19,662 nucleotides of DNA, taken from positions 1 through 19,662 of the forward strand of contig JAYWGM010000065.1 of the NCBI GenBank assembly GCA_043778225.1, read 5' to 3'. The DNA is from Deinococcales bacterium (GTDB taxonomy: Bacteria > Deinococcota > Deinococci > Deinococcales > JAAFIG01). Below the pieces are notes generated by a model. The model had not been told where the DNA came from and searched no databases. It was given only the letters and a program-made list of their open reading frames with translations. Shown in pieces: positions 6,711 through 14,516 of this stretch (its first letter is position 1; each line of letters starts with the position of its first letter). The translations under genes and the position numbers were made by a program.

Positions 6711-9350
6711 TTAGGCGAACTGCGCCAAGACTTTTTGTAATCTCTCAAGCTGCATTCCAAAATCCTCAATCCGCCTTTGCTCCTCGAGAAGCACATCTTC
6801 TGGTGCATTTTTCACAAAGTTCTCGTTGCTTAACTTGCTTACGGCTTGCTGCACTTGCTTCTCGAGTTCAATTACTTTTTTCTTGCCTCGAGTCACATAT
6901 TCCGATGTGTCTATCAGCCCCTCGAGCGCTAGAATCACCTCGAGTCCTGGTGCTACACCACTTATTACTTTTCCTGTAACAGTTGTCAATTGAGCGCGTG
7001 CAAGCCGCTTAAATAGTTCAGAATTTCGTTGGACTGAATTTGCATTTTCCCCAGTAATCTCAACGTACAATTCTTTGCCAAGAGGTAACATTAGTTCATT
7101 GCGTAAAATACGAACTTGAGTTACAGCGGCACGAATTGAATCAAAGTCTTCTTCAAGATTATCAAAACTTGCATTGGCTTCAGGAAACTTTTCAAATGCC
7201 AATTTATTTTCTAAACTACCATTCGGATTCCCAAGAATAATTGATTCATACAAGTACGAAGTAATGAATGGCATAAATGGGTGAAGTAGTTTTAAGATAG
7301 CCTCTAAGAGGTTCATTAAGACCTTTAGTGTTGATTTTGAGCCTGCATCAATACCACGTTTAGCTGACTCAATATACCAATCACAAAAATCGTCCCAAAC
7401 AAATGAGTAAATAGACCGAATTGCTGCTCCAAGATCGAATGCGTCTAATTGTTCTCGAGACCTACGAATAACTCCATTCAGGCGTTTGACTATCCATCTA
7501 TCTGCTATGTCTGTGATGTCATTTTCCCCCCAAAACTCTTGTAATTCTGACCTTTGGTACTGCATTAAACTCATTTGAACAAAGCGCGACGCATTCCAGA
7601 GTTTATTGGAAAAATTCCGACCCATTTCGTAACGGCGCTCATCGTGTTTAATATCCTGCCCGCCCGTGCTGAGATACGCCCATGCAAAACGACAACCATC
7701 CACGCCGTATTTATCCATTAGCTCGAGTGGGTCAATGCCATTGTTTTTGGATTTCGACATTTTCTGACCCTTGGCATCCAAGTACAAACCATGCAGCATG
7801 ACGGTATGAAATGGTGCTTGACCAGTGAATTCAAAACCAGACATTTGCATTCGCGCCACCCAGAAAAACAGGATGTCATAACCAGTCACAAGCACATCGT
7901 TAGGGTAGAATTTAGCTAAGTCCTCAGTTTGGTCTGGGTAGCCCATGGTCGAGAAATTCCAGAGTGCCGAAGAGAACCACGTATCAAAAACATCAGGGTC
8001 TCGAGTTAAAGTCAAATGCGCGTAACGGGGGTCTTGGTCACAATCCAAATCTGGATTATCTAAGTCTGGCACATAGATTTTACCATCGGCATCGTACCAA
8101 GCTGGAATTTGATGCCCCCACCAGAGTTGCCGCCCAATTGCCCATTCACGAATATTCTCGAGCCAATCTTTGTTAACCTTGGTGTAGCGCTCCGGCACAA
8201 TTTTGATTCGCCCATCCTCGAGTGCATCCAGCACTTGCCTGGCGGGTTTATCCATTTTGCACCACCACTGGGTCATGACCATCGGTTCAACAGGCTCTTT
8301 AGTGCGCTCCGAAATACCCATGCTGACCTTATAATCTTTAGCCTCGAGCAATTCGCCCGATGCCTCGAGCGCCTTGACCACGGCTTTACGGGCAGCAAAA
8401 CGCTCCATGCCACGAAATTCTTCTGGTACAAGGTCGGAGGTGAGTTTCGCAAATTTATCAATCACACTGGGGGTGGCTAAATTATGGCGTAAACCAATCT
8501 CAAAATCTGTTGGGTCATGGGCTGGGGTGATTTTCAGGCAACCCGTGCCAAAATCCATTTCAACACTCGAGTCGGCAATAATTGGAATCAGCCTATCAGT
8601 AAGTGGAATCCGCACTTTTTGACCCACAAGGCTCGAGAAACGCGCATCTTCTGGATGAACCGCCACGGCTTGGTCAGCAAAAATGGTTTCAGGACGGACA
8701 GTCGCCACGTTCATCACGCCACTACCATCCTCGAGTGCATAGCTTAGGGTGTACATCTTGCCCTGACGATCCTCACGGTCAACTTCGAGGTCAGACAACA
8801 CCGTTTGCGCCACAGGATCCCAATTAACAATTTTTTCACCACGGTACGCCATGCCTTTTGCCACGTACTCCACAAAGGTACGACGCACAGCCCGAGACAG
8901 CCCAGCATCCATTGTAAAGCGTTCTCGAGACCAATCGGCAGAAACACCAAGTCGCGTGAGTTGATGCAAAATCGTACCACCGTGCTTTTCCTTAAATGCC
9001 CAGACTCGCTCGAGGAATTTCTCACGCCCAAGATCAGACTTATGCAGACCCTCGAGAGCAAGTTCTTTTTCGACCAGCACTTGGGTACTAATCCCCGCGT
9101 GGTCAGTCCCCGGCAAGTACAGTGCCTCGAAACCCGCCATGCGCTTAAAGCGGGTCAGGACATCAATAATCGTGTTATCGAGCGCATGACCAAGATGTAA
9201 ACTGCCCGTTACATTGGGCGGCGGAATAACAATTGTAAAAGCAGGTTTACTCGAGGTTGCATCGGCACGAAACGTACCCGGTTTAGCCCAGAGTTCTGCC
9301 CAAGAAGATTCGACAGCCGATGGTTCGTATTTAGTAGGTAATTCATTCAT
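6711..9350 (-). CDS. valS: Valine--tRNA ligase
   Basis: PPPNVTGSLHLGH (HIGH), GTDHAGISTQ, ATVRPET, GTGCLKITPAHD, RQLWWGHQIP, DVFDTWFSS, KMSKS, and a C-terminal coiled coil. AAGGAG RBS before ATG 9350. Confidence 0.99.
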   Translation of the reverse strand: MNELPTKYEPSAVESSWAELWAKPGTFRADATSSKPAFTIVIPPPNVTGSLHLGHALDNTIIDVLTRFKRMAGFEALYLPGTDHAGISTQVLVEKELALEGLHKSDLGREKFLERVWAFKEKHGGTILHQLTRLGVSADWSRERFTMDAGLSRAVRRTFVEYVAKGMAYRGEKIVNWDPVAQTVLSDLEVDREDRQGKMYTLSYALEDGSGVMNVATVRPETIFADQAVAVHPEDARFSSLVGQKVRIPLTDRLIPIIADSSVEMDFGTGCLKITPAHDPTDFEIGLRHNLATPSVIDKFAKLTSDLVPEEFRGMERFAARKAVVKALEASGELLEAKDYKVSMGISERTKEPVEPMVMTQWWCKMDKPARQVLDALEDGRIKIVPERYTKVNKDWLENIREWAIGRQLWWGHQIPAWYDADGKIYVPDLDNPDLDCDQDPRYAHLTLTRDPDVFDTWFSSALWNFSTMGYPDQTEDLAKFYPNDVLVTGYDILFFWVARMQMSGFEFTGQAPFHTVMLHGLYLDAKGQKMSKSKNNGIDPLELMDKYGVDGCRFAWAYLSTGGQDIKHDERRYEMGRNFSNKLWNASRFVQMSLMQYQRSELQEFWGENDITDIADRWIVKRLNGVIRRSREQLDAFDLGAAIRSIYSFVWDDFCDWYIESAKRGIDAGSKSTLKVLMNLLEAILKLLHPFMPFITSYLYESIILGNPNGSLENKLAFEKFPEANASFDNLEEDFDSIRAAVTQVRILRNELMLPLGKELYVEITGENANSVQRNSELFKRLARAQLTTVTGKVISGVAPGLEVILALEGLIDTSEYVTRGKKKVIELEKQVQQAVSKLSNENFVKNAPEDVLLEEQRRIEDFGMQLERLQKVLAQFA

Positions 9351-9369
9351 GATTGCTCCTTGCAAGTTG

Positions 9370-10713
9370 CTAACTTTCCAAAAGTAAAATGGCTGTTTCT
9401 TCTATTCTTTTTAGAATTAAAGAATTATCAAATTCGGGTCGAAATTTTTTATTAAATTTCAATAGATTGTATAGAAAGGAATTAAAATTTACTTTTTCTA
9501 CAAGTGAATCCAGTGATGCAAATAAATCGTTTCGTTCAGGAATTGAAGTGGCAATTCTTGAAAATACCCAGAAATCTTGATTCATTAAAAATTCTGGATT
9601 CATTAATTCACTGAGGATTTTATATCGTGGGAAAGTTTCAATTTTTCCTAAACCAATGCTTAGAATTCTTTTTAGAACAGCATCTGATCTAAATTTCCTA
9701 CCCTCGTTAGACCTAGTAAAATAGGTCTCAACACCATTATTTATTTTAAGTTTGTTTTCGGGATCATGTAAATCCGCAAACGTTTCAAACGCCCAATACT
9801 GCATATACTCATCTCGAGTAAACTGCTCCACTTTTGATGAGTTGATATTCAATCCAATTTTGTGAAGTTCTCGAGACGCGAGAAAGAGTATTTTTTTTGC
9901 CGTCTCTGCATCTTGAGACATTATTATTTGGTCATCGGAGTATCTAATATACTTCGAGCAATTTTCATCACAGATTTTTTTCATGTATAAGTCAAAATCT
10001 TGAAGATAAAAGTTTGATAGTATTCGTGAACTATCGCCAACTTCATCTTGTGGCAGACCGACAGTTTTTCTATAGTAGCCTTCTATTGGTCTGTTCCAGT
10101 TATGTAAGAAGTGAAAAAGCAAATCAACGTAAAACATTTGCTCCTTTTCAACAGTGTGCCGTATTTTTGCTTCTAAAAGGTTCAAATTAATAGAGTCATA
10201 AAAATTTGCAATATCAAACTTTAAGAAATACTGCAAATCTCCATCTGATGCCCATTCAAAAGCTCTTTTTTGAAAGTCTTTCCAATGTTCCGACCACTCA
10301 TACGGCGTATAAGTTCCGAATGGTATCCCTGAAACAGTTGATGTTAGTCTGCTAATTTCTTCTACTTCGCGTGACTTAATAGGATTATTTAAGGTCCAAC
10401 CGCCATAAGTTCCTTCTACTCTGTTTTTGGCGATGTTTTCCTGAATTCTTTCTACGCAAAAATAGTATAGGCAATTCTCTCGAAAGTGGAAACACGGAAC
10501 TATTCTTGAAACAAGATTATGTTTATTAAAAACAACGTAATTTCTAGGGGAATTAGGGGTAAATTTTTTATGTTTAACTTCAAAGTAAAGTTCTTTTAAG
10601 AATGCGGGTTTTATTGGAAGCTCATGCTTTTCGTATTCAATTAAAGTCTCCTTAGTGCTTTTCTTCCAAAAACTACTTGAAAAAATTCTAACAAACGCCT
10701 CTTCTTGTATCAT
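9370..10713 (-). CDS. Stand-alone reverse transcriptase, Abi/UG (defence-associated RT)-like
   Basis: RT motifs KFDIANFYDSI, GLPQDEVGDSSRILSNFYL, YIRYSDD and GLNINSSK, with a helical C-terminal extension. No intron maturase/HNH domain. AGGAG RBS. AT-rich. Confidence 0.88.
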   Translation of the reverse strand: MIQEEAFVRIFSSSFWKKSTKETLIEYEKHELPIKPAFLKELYFEVKHKKFTPNSPRNYVVFNKHNLVSRIVPCFHFRENCLYYFCVERIQENIAKNRVEGTYGGWTLNNPIKSREVEEISRLTSTVSGIPFGTYTPYEWSEHWKDFQKRAFEWASDGDLQYFLKFDIANFYDSINLNLLEAKIRHTVEKEQMFYVDLLFHFLHNWNRPIEGYYRKTVGLPQDEVGDSSRILSNFYLQDFDLYMKKICDENCSKYIRYSDDQIIMSQDAETAKKILFLASRELHKIGLNINSSKVEQFTRDEYMQYWAFETFADLHDPENKLKINNGVETYFTRSNEGRKFRSDAVLKRILSIGLGKIETFPRYKILSELMNPEFLMNQDFWVFSRIATSIPERNDLFASLDSLVEKVNFNSFLYNLLKFNKKFRPEFDNSLILKRIEETAILLLES

Positions 10714-10754
10714 TTCAATCTCCTGACTGCAAACTCAACCATTCAACATTTTTT

Positions 10755-10833
10755 CTCGAGGCTTGGGGCTTTGGCTGGTTGGGCAAGGCGTGCCTTGCCA
10801 CTACGGGTTTCTAGGCTCGAGCTTTGGCGCTTT
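10755..10833 (-). repeat. Cassette-boundary repeat R1 (hicB 3' end copy + GTAG-REP-like hairpin + CTCGAG)
   Basis: Minus strand: AAAGCGCCAAAGCTCGAGCCTAG-AAACCC-GTAGTGGCAAGGCACGCCTTGCCC-AACCAGCCAAAGCCCCAAGCCTCGAG. Matches 12975-13053 with 6 mismatches. Confidence 0.95.
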
Positions 10834-10834
10834 T

Positions 10835-11440
10835 TCATAACAGTTTCTCGAGTTCATTCACAAAACGCTGAAAATACGATAAATCCAAGAGCAGTTTGGG
10901 ATTGGTTGTCTCGAGCAATTCAAATGAAATACTGCCTTTTTTGTACTGTTTTTTTTCACAATCTTTGGTTGCTTTTTCTAGGGCTGCAAAAAGCGTTTTA
11001 CGGTTTCTTGTTTCGGGGTCGGTAGGTGCAGGTAAGGCATTTTCGTTAAAAGATTGTCCAAAAAAGCGGCGTAAGTTTTCTCTATCAGCAATTAACCATG
11101 TTTCCATGCAGGTTGCCATAAAATGCACTTGGGCATCTGTTGTGTTACTTGGTTGATTCCAATTGTCTCGAGTTTTTAAGTGCTTCCAAGGTGGTTCTTG
11201 AATAGGGTCTTCGCTATCTACGAGCAGGATGTAAATTGTGTTTTCTTCGGCTTTACGAAGCGCAATTTGAAAATCATCAAAGGCTTGTTGTCTGCCACCA
11301 CATCCAATAAATTTGGGTAATCTGCCTGCAAAACCAGCTTTTGAGAACAATTTGCTAAAGGCTGCCCGCAATGGCTCTTGGTTGGCTCGAGTATCACCGC
11401 CACCTTCAACATAAACCCGAATAGAAACTTTGGTTTTCAC
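10835..11440 (-). CDS. DUF4276 family (TOPRIM-like) protein
   Basis: YVEGGGD, GCGGR, LLVDSE and METWLIADR motifs. GTG start overlaps the ATPase stop. Confidence 0.82.
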   Translation of the reverse strand: MKTKVSIRVYVEGGGDTRANQEPLRAAFSKLFSKAGFAGRLPKFIGCGGRQQAFDDFQIALRKAEENTIYILLVDSEDPIQEPPWKHLKTRDNWNQPSNTTDAQVHFMATCMETWLIADRENLRRFFGQSFNENALPAPTDPETRNRKTLFAALEKATKDCEKKQYKKGSISFELLETTNPKLLLDLSYFQRFVNELEKLL

Positions 11441-12594
11441 CAGCGCACCCCACCAATTTCACCACGTAACCATAAATCGCCTAGTCCGTACTGCTCGAGC
11501 CATTCATCAAGTCGGTTAGTTTCCAAGCGTTTCAGTGTGGTGACACCATTTTCCTTTTCACAAACCACAATGCTTTCGGGGTCGCTCGAGAACGCATTGA
11601 CAAGAAGTTCTGAATGGGTTGTGACAATCAGTTGGGTGCGTGTGGCAGCATCTTTTAAGAGTTTGGCAATGTTTCTAATTAAATCTGGGTGCATTCCAAG
11701 TTCTGGTTCTTCGAGACAAATAAGTGGCGGCGGGTCTGGGTCGAGTAAAAGCGTGACAAGCACCAAATACCGTAGAGTGCCATCGGATAAACGAATGGCT
11801 GGAATGCTTTTATCACCTTCGGATATAAACAATGCCGCGTTTGCATTGCCAATATCAATGTTAATGTCAGTAATACCATCGTAAACTTCTTTGAAGGCTT
11901 CAATAATTTTTTGTTTGGTTGAAGGTGTTCTAAATAAACGGCTTAAAAAAAGACAGAAATTTGAAAAATCCTCTTCTAGTACACTATTTCGCATATCCGC
12001 TCTTTGGGGTTGACGCAAAATTGAATAATGCCCAAATGACCAATTTCGGTAAAGTTTAATCTTTTCAAATGAAGTAGTAATTTTCGATAAGTACCAAGTA
12101 GTGTTTGGGTATTTAATCTGACCTAAAACAGAAGAATTAAAATCCAAAGAATTAATTGATATTTTATTAAAATTGTGATCCAATAAAATTGGATGTTTAT
12201 AATTAAAATCATAAATCAGTGTATCTATTGCGTTGCTCGAAATCTCTTCAGCTAAGATTCGCAAATCCCGATTCTCTTGTGTGAATCTAAAAAGATACTT
12301 CATCTCTTCAAAAAAACGCACTTTAAGTTCAACTATATTTGGATCACCAGATTTATTTGAATCACCAGATTTATGAGTCCATTCTTGAATTCCTCCTCCT
12401 CGAGAAATAACATCATCTAAACTTCCACTTGCACGTTGAGGAATTGTTAATGCTCTTAAAAAAGCAAAAACCTCCAAAAAATTAGATTTTCCTGACCCAT
12501 TTGCCCCAATAAGGATATTCAAGCGGTTCAGCTTGAATGCTGGTGTTTGGCTCGAGAATGAAAGCAAATTTTTTATTTCAATACTAGAAATCAT
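11437..12594 (-). CDS. AAA_21/ABC-like ATPase (COG4637-like), partner of DUF4276
   Basis: Walker A GANGSGKSN, signature LSDGTLR, Walker B LEEPELGMHP, H-loop TTHS and terminal LGDLWLRGEIGG. Confidence 0.9.
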   Translation of the reverse strand: MISSIEIKNLLSFSSQTPAFKLNRLNILIGANGSGKSNFLEVFAFLRALTIPQRASGSLDDVISRGGGIQEWTHKSGDSNKSGDPNIVELKVRFFEEMKYLFRFTQENRDLRILAEEISSNAIDTLIYDFNYKHPILLDHNFNKISINSLDFNSSVLGQIKYPNTTWYLSKITTSFEKIKLYRNWSFGHYSILRQPQRADMRNSVLEEDFSNFCLFLSRLFRTPSTKQKIIEAFKEVYDGITDINIDIGNANAALFISEGDKSIPAIRLSDGTLRYLVLVTLLLDPDPPPLICLEEPELGMHPDLIRNIAKLLKDAATRTQLIVTTHSELLVNAFSSDPESIVVCEKENGVTTLKRLETNRLDEWLEQYGLGDLWLRGEIGGVRW

Positions 12595-12635
12595 GGACTC
12601 ACCTCAACTTTAATGTTTACCATAAAGGTCTTAAC

Positions 12636-12676
12636 CTATCCTGCTCGAGCTTGGGGCTTTGGCTGGTTGGGCAGGC
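12636..12676 (-). repeat. Cassette-boundary repeat R2 (truncated) plus 14-bp copy of the NUDIX 3' end
   Basis: Minus strand GCCTGCCCAACCAGCCAAAGCCCCAAG-CTCGAGCAGGATAG. The final 14 nt are identical to 18578-18591. Confidence 0.9.
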
Positions 12677-12678
12677 AG

Positions 12679-12758
12679 TTAAATCAATTCCACATCGTAA
12701 AGCCCAAATTTTTCTCGAGACTCCAAATCAAAATGTGTGCATCAAGAAGTAATTTCAT
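12679..12758 (-). pseudogene. Internally deleted vapC remnant
   Basis: MKLLLDAHILIWSLE (PIN N-terminus, ending at CTCGAG), then AAAAA, then an out-of-frame FGLYDVELI*. The 31 nt at 12678-12708 are identical to 17278-17308 at the end of the intact vapC. Confidence 0.9.
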
Positions 12759-12961
12759 TCCATGTACTCTTTCATGTCCTCGAGAGGCGCATTAAAATCA
12801 TCACTCATTTTCCAACCCTTTAGACTGCCGACCAAACCGCGTTTCTTGGGCTTAATTTCAAATTCTCGGTTTTCTAAGGTAATCACGACACTTTCACCGG
12901 CGGCGGCTTGTTGCAATAAAGCGACTAGGTTTTGTTGGGCTTCAATAATGCTTACGGTCAT
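12755..12961 (-). CDS. Phd/YefM-like antitoxin (DUF2281-like C-terminus), copy 2
   Basis: MTVSIIEAQQNL..L...A..GE.VVIT followed by GSLKGWKMSDDFNAPLE. AAGGAG RBS. Paralog of 17662-17877. Confidence 0.85.
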   Translation of the reverse strand: MTVSIIEAQQNLVALLQQAAAGESVVITLENREFEIKPKKRGLVGSLKGWKMSDDFNAPLEDMKEYME

Positions 12962-12974
12962 GGTTTTCTCCTTT

Positions 12975-13030
12975 CTCGAGGCTTGGGGCTTTGGCTGGTT
13001 GGGCAAGGCAAGCCCCGCCCCTACGGGTTT
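12975..13030 (-). repeat. Cassette-boundary repeat R3
   Basis: Minus strand AAACCC-GTAGGGGCGGGGCTTGCCTTGCCC-AACCAGCCAAAGCCCCAAGCCTCGAG, immediately followed by AAAGGAG RBS. Confidence 0.95.
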
Positions 13031-13399
13031 CTAGGCTCGAGCTTTAGCGCTTTGTTCGGCAAGTAGTGTTGCTACCATTTGATTCAAACTCACATTGTTC
13101 TGCTCGGCTTGTTCGGCTAAACGCTGATGCAAATTGCTGGGAAGGCGCACCACAAAACGCCCACTGTACTTTTTTTGCATCGCAGGTAATGGAATTGAGT
13201 TTCCAAGCTCGAGATTGACTTTGAGCCAAGCAAATTTTGCATCCTCGAGCATGGCTAGGGCTTCCTCGAGCGTATCGCCTTGCGAGACACAACCAGCTAA
13301 ATCTTTTATTTCCACCGAGTACCCAATGGCTTCGGGAATCAGGGTAATTGGGTATTTGAGGCTTAGGTAATACTCGAGTTTTGGTGTTTTATTTTTCAT
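13031..13399 (-). CDS. hicB: HicB family antitoxin (orphan; no hicA seen)
   Basis: LEYYLSLKYPI, DLAGCVSQGDTLEEAL and a C-terminal RHH YSGRFVVRLPSNLHQRLAEQAEQNNVSLNQ. Start at ATG 13399. Confidence 0.9.
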   Translation of the reverse strand: MKNKTPKLEYYLSLKYPITLIPEAIGYSVEIKDLAGCVSQGDTLEEALAMLEDAKFAWLKVNLELGNSIPLPAMQKKYSGRFVVRLPSNLHQRLAEQAEQNNVSLNQMVATLLAEQSAKARA

Positions 13400-14474
13400 T
13401 GGTTTTCCTTCTTTCATTAGCTCGAGTTTGCTTAGCTGGTTTAACTTGCTTTGGTTCATCGCTCACCTTGGCTAATTCTGCCTCGAGTTGTGCAATGGTT
13501 GGTAAATCCAACTCGAGGTCTTTAGGTAAAGCTGTCACAAAATCTGCCACGCCAATAGGAGCGCTAACTCCACGCAGAACATACTCGGCTATATTCCCAT
13601 TTTTGCCTTTGCAAAGAATTAAGCCTATGGTTGGTGCATCTTGCGGATGCCTGAGTAAGTCGTCTACTGCGCCAACGTAAGCGAGGACTTGTCCAACATC
13701 GGCAGGTTCAAAATCTCTGGCTTTTAATTCAATCACCACAAAAGCCCTTAATTTTAGGTGGTAAAAAAGTAAATCAATGTAAAAATCTTGCCCTCCAATC
13801 TCGAGGTGATACTGACTGCCAACAAGTGCAAATCCCACTCCTAGCTCAAGCATAAATTTTTTCAGGTACTCGAGTAAACCAGCTTCTAAGGCGCGTTCAT
13901 GGGCATCTTTGCCAAGGGTAAGAAAATCAAAATTGTAGGGGTCTTTGAGAATTTGTTGCGCGAGGTCAGATTGCAACGGTGGTAGGGTTGCGGCAAAATT
14001 TGTAATGGCTTTGCCGCTTCGTTCAAAGAGTTTAGATTGAATTTGTAACTCGAGGATACTTCTGCTCCAACCGTTCTCGAGGGTTTGTTTGGCATACCAA
14101 AGGCGTTGATTATGGTCTTTAATTTTCTCGAGCAGCACAGCATTGTGCGCCCAAGGTAATTGTGCCACAAGCTGTGGCACAATTCCAGAATCGTTCTGGT
14201 AAGCTAAGTAAAATGCTCTCATTCGGTAAAGAGAACGTCTTGAGAATCCTTCAACTCCTGGTAATGCAGCTTTCAAATCCTTTGCAATTTGCTCGAGTAC
14301 CTTATCACCCCAAGTGTATTCTTTTTGTGCTTTGACAATATCTTGTCCGATTTGCCAGTAAAGCATGACAAGCTCTTGGCTGACAGCCAGTGCTGCTTTG
14401 ACTTGGGTTTGTTGAATACGTTTTTTAAGGTCAAGTAAGAAAATCTCGTATTCAGTTTTTGGTTTTTCTAACAT
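13389..14474 (-). CDS. DUF1016/YhcG family PD-(D/E)xK nuclease-domain protein
   Basis: LYWQIG, WG.KV, GFSRRSLYRMRAFY, LPWAHN, KDPYNFDFL, FYIDLLFYHLKLR, VIELK and TIGLILC. Confidence 0.93.
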   Translation of the reverse strand: MLEKPKTEYEIFLLDLKKRIQQTQVKAALAVSQELVMLYWQIGQDIVKAQKEYTWGDKVLEQIAKDLKAALPGVEGFSRRSLYRMRAFYLAYQNDSGIVPQLVAQLPWAHNAVLLEKIKDHNQRLWYAKQTLENGWSRSILELQIQSKLFERSGKAITNFAATLPPLQSDLAQQILKDPYNFDFLTLGKDAHERALEAGLLEYLKKFMLELGVGFALVGSQYHLEIGGQDFYIDLLFYHLKLRAFVVIELKARDFEPADVGQVLAYVGAVDDLLRHPQDAPTIGLILCKGKNGNIAEYVLRGVSAPIGVADFVTALPKDLELDLPTIAQLEAELAKVSDEPKQVKPAKQTRANERRKTNEK

Positions 14475-14483
14475 AGATTACCT

Positions 14484-14510
14484 CTCGAGGCTTGGGGCTT
14501 TGGCTGGGCA
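14484..14510 (-). repeat. Cassette-boundary repeat R4 (short)
   Basis: Minus strand TGCCCAGCCAAAGCCCCAAGCCTCGAG, followed by AGGTAATCT-ATG of DUF1016. Confidence 0.9.
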
Positions 14511-14516
14511 ATCGTT

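Noticed and set aside
10720..10790. Classical integron attC sites (GCCCAAC fits RYYYAAC; GTTGAAT follows R1)
   Set aside because: There is no extended palindrome between the boxes, the GTTRRRY is not present at a matching position after the other repeats, and no intI is in the window.
9370..10835. Retron, group II intron or DGR assignment for the RT
   Set aside because: No VTG retron motif, msr-msd space, intron domain V or maturase domain, or TR/VR pair. The valS tail pair differs mainly at synonymous positions rather than specifically at adenines.
12962..13006. N-terminal extension MPNQPKPQASRKEKT of the antitoxin ORF
   Set aside because: It is translation of repeat R3. The RBS and the paralog support ATG 12961.
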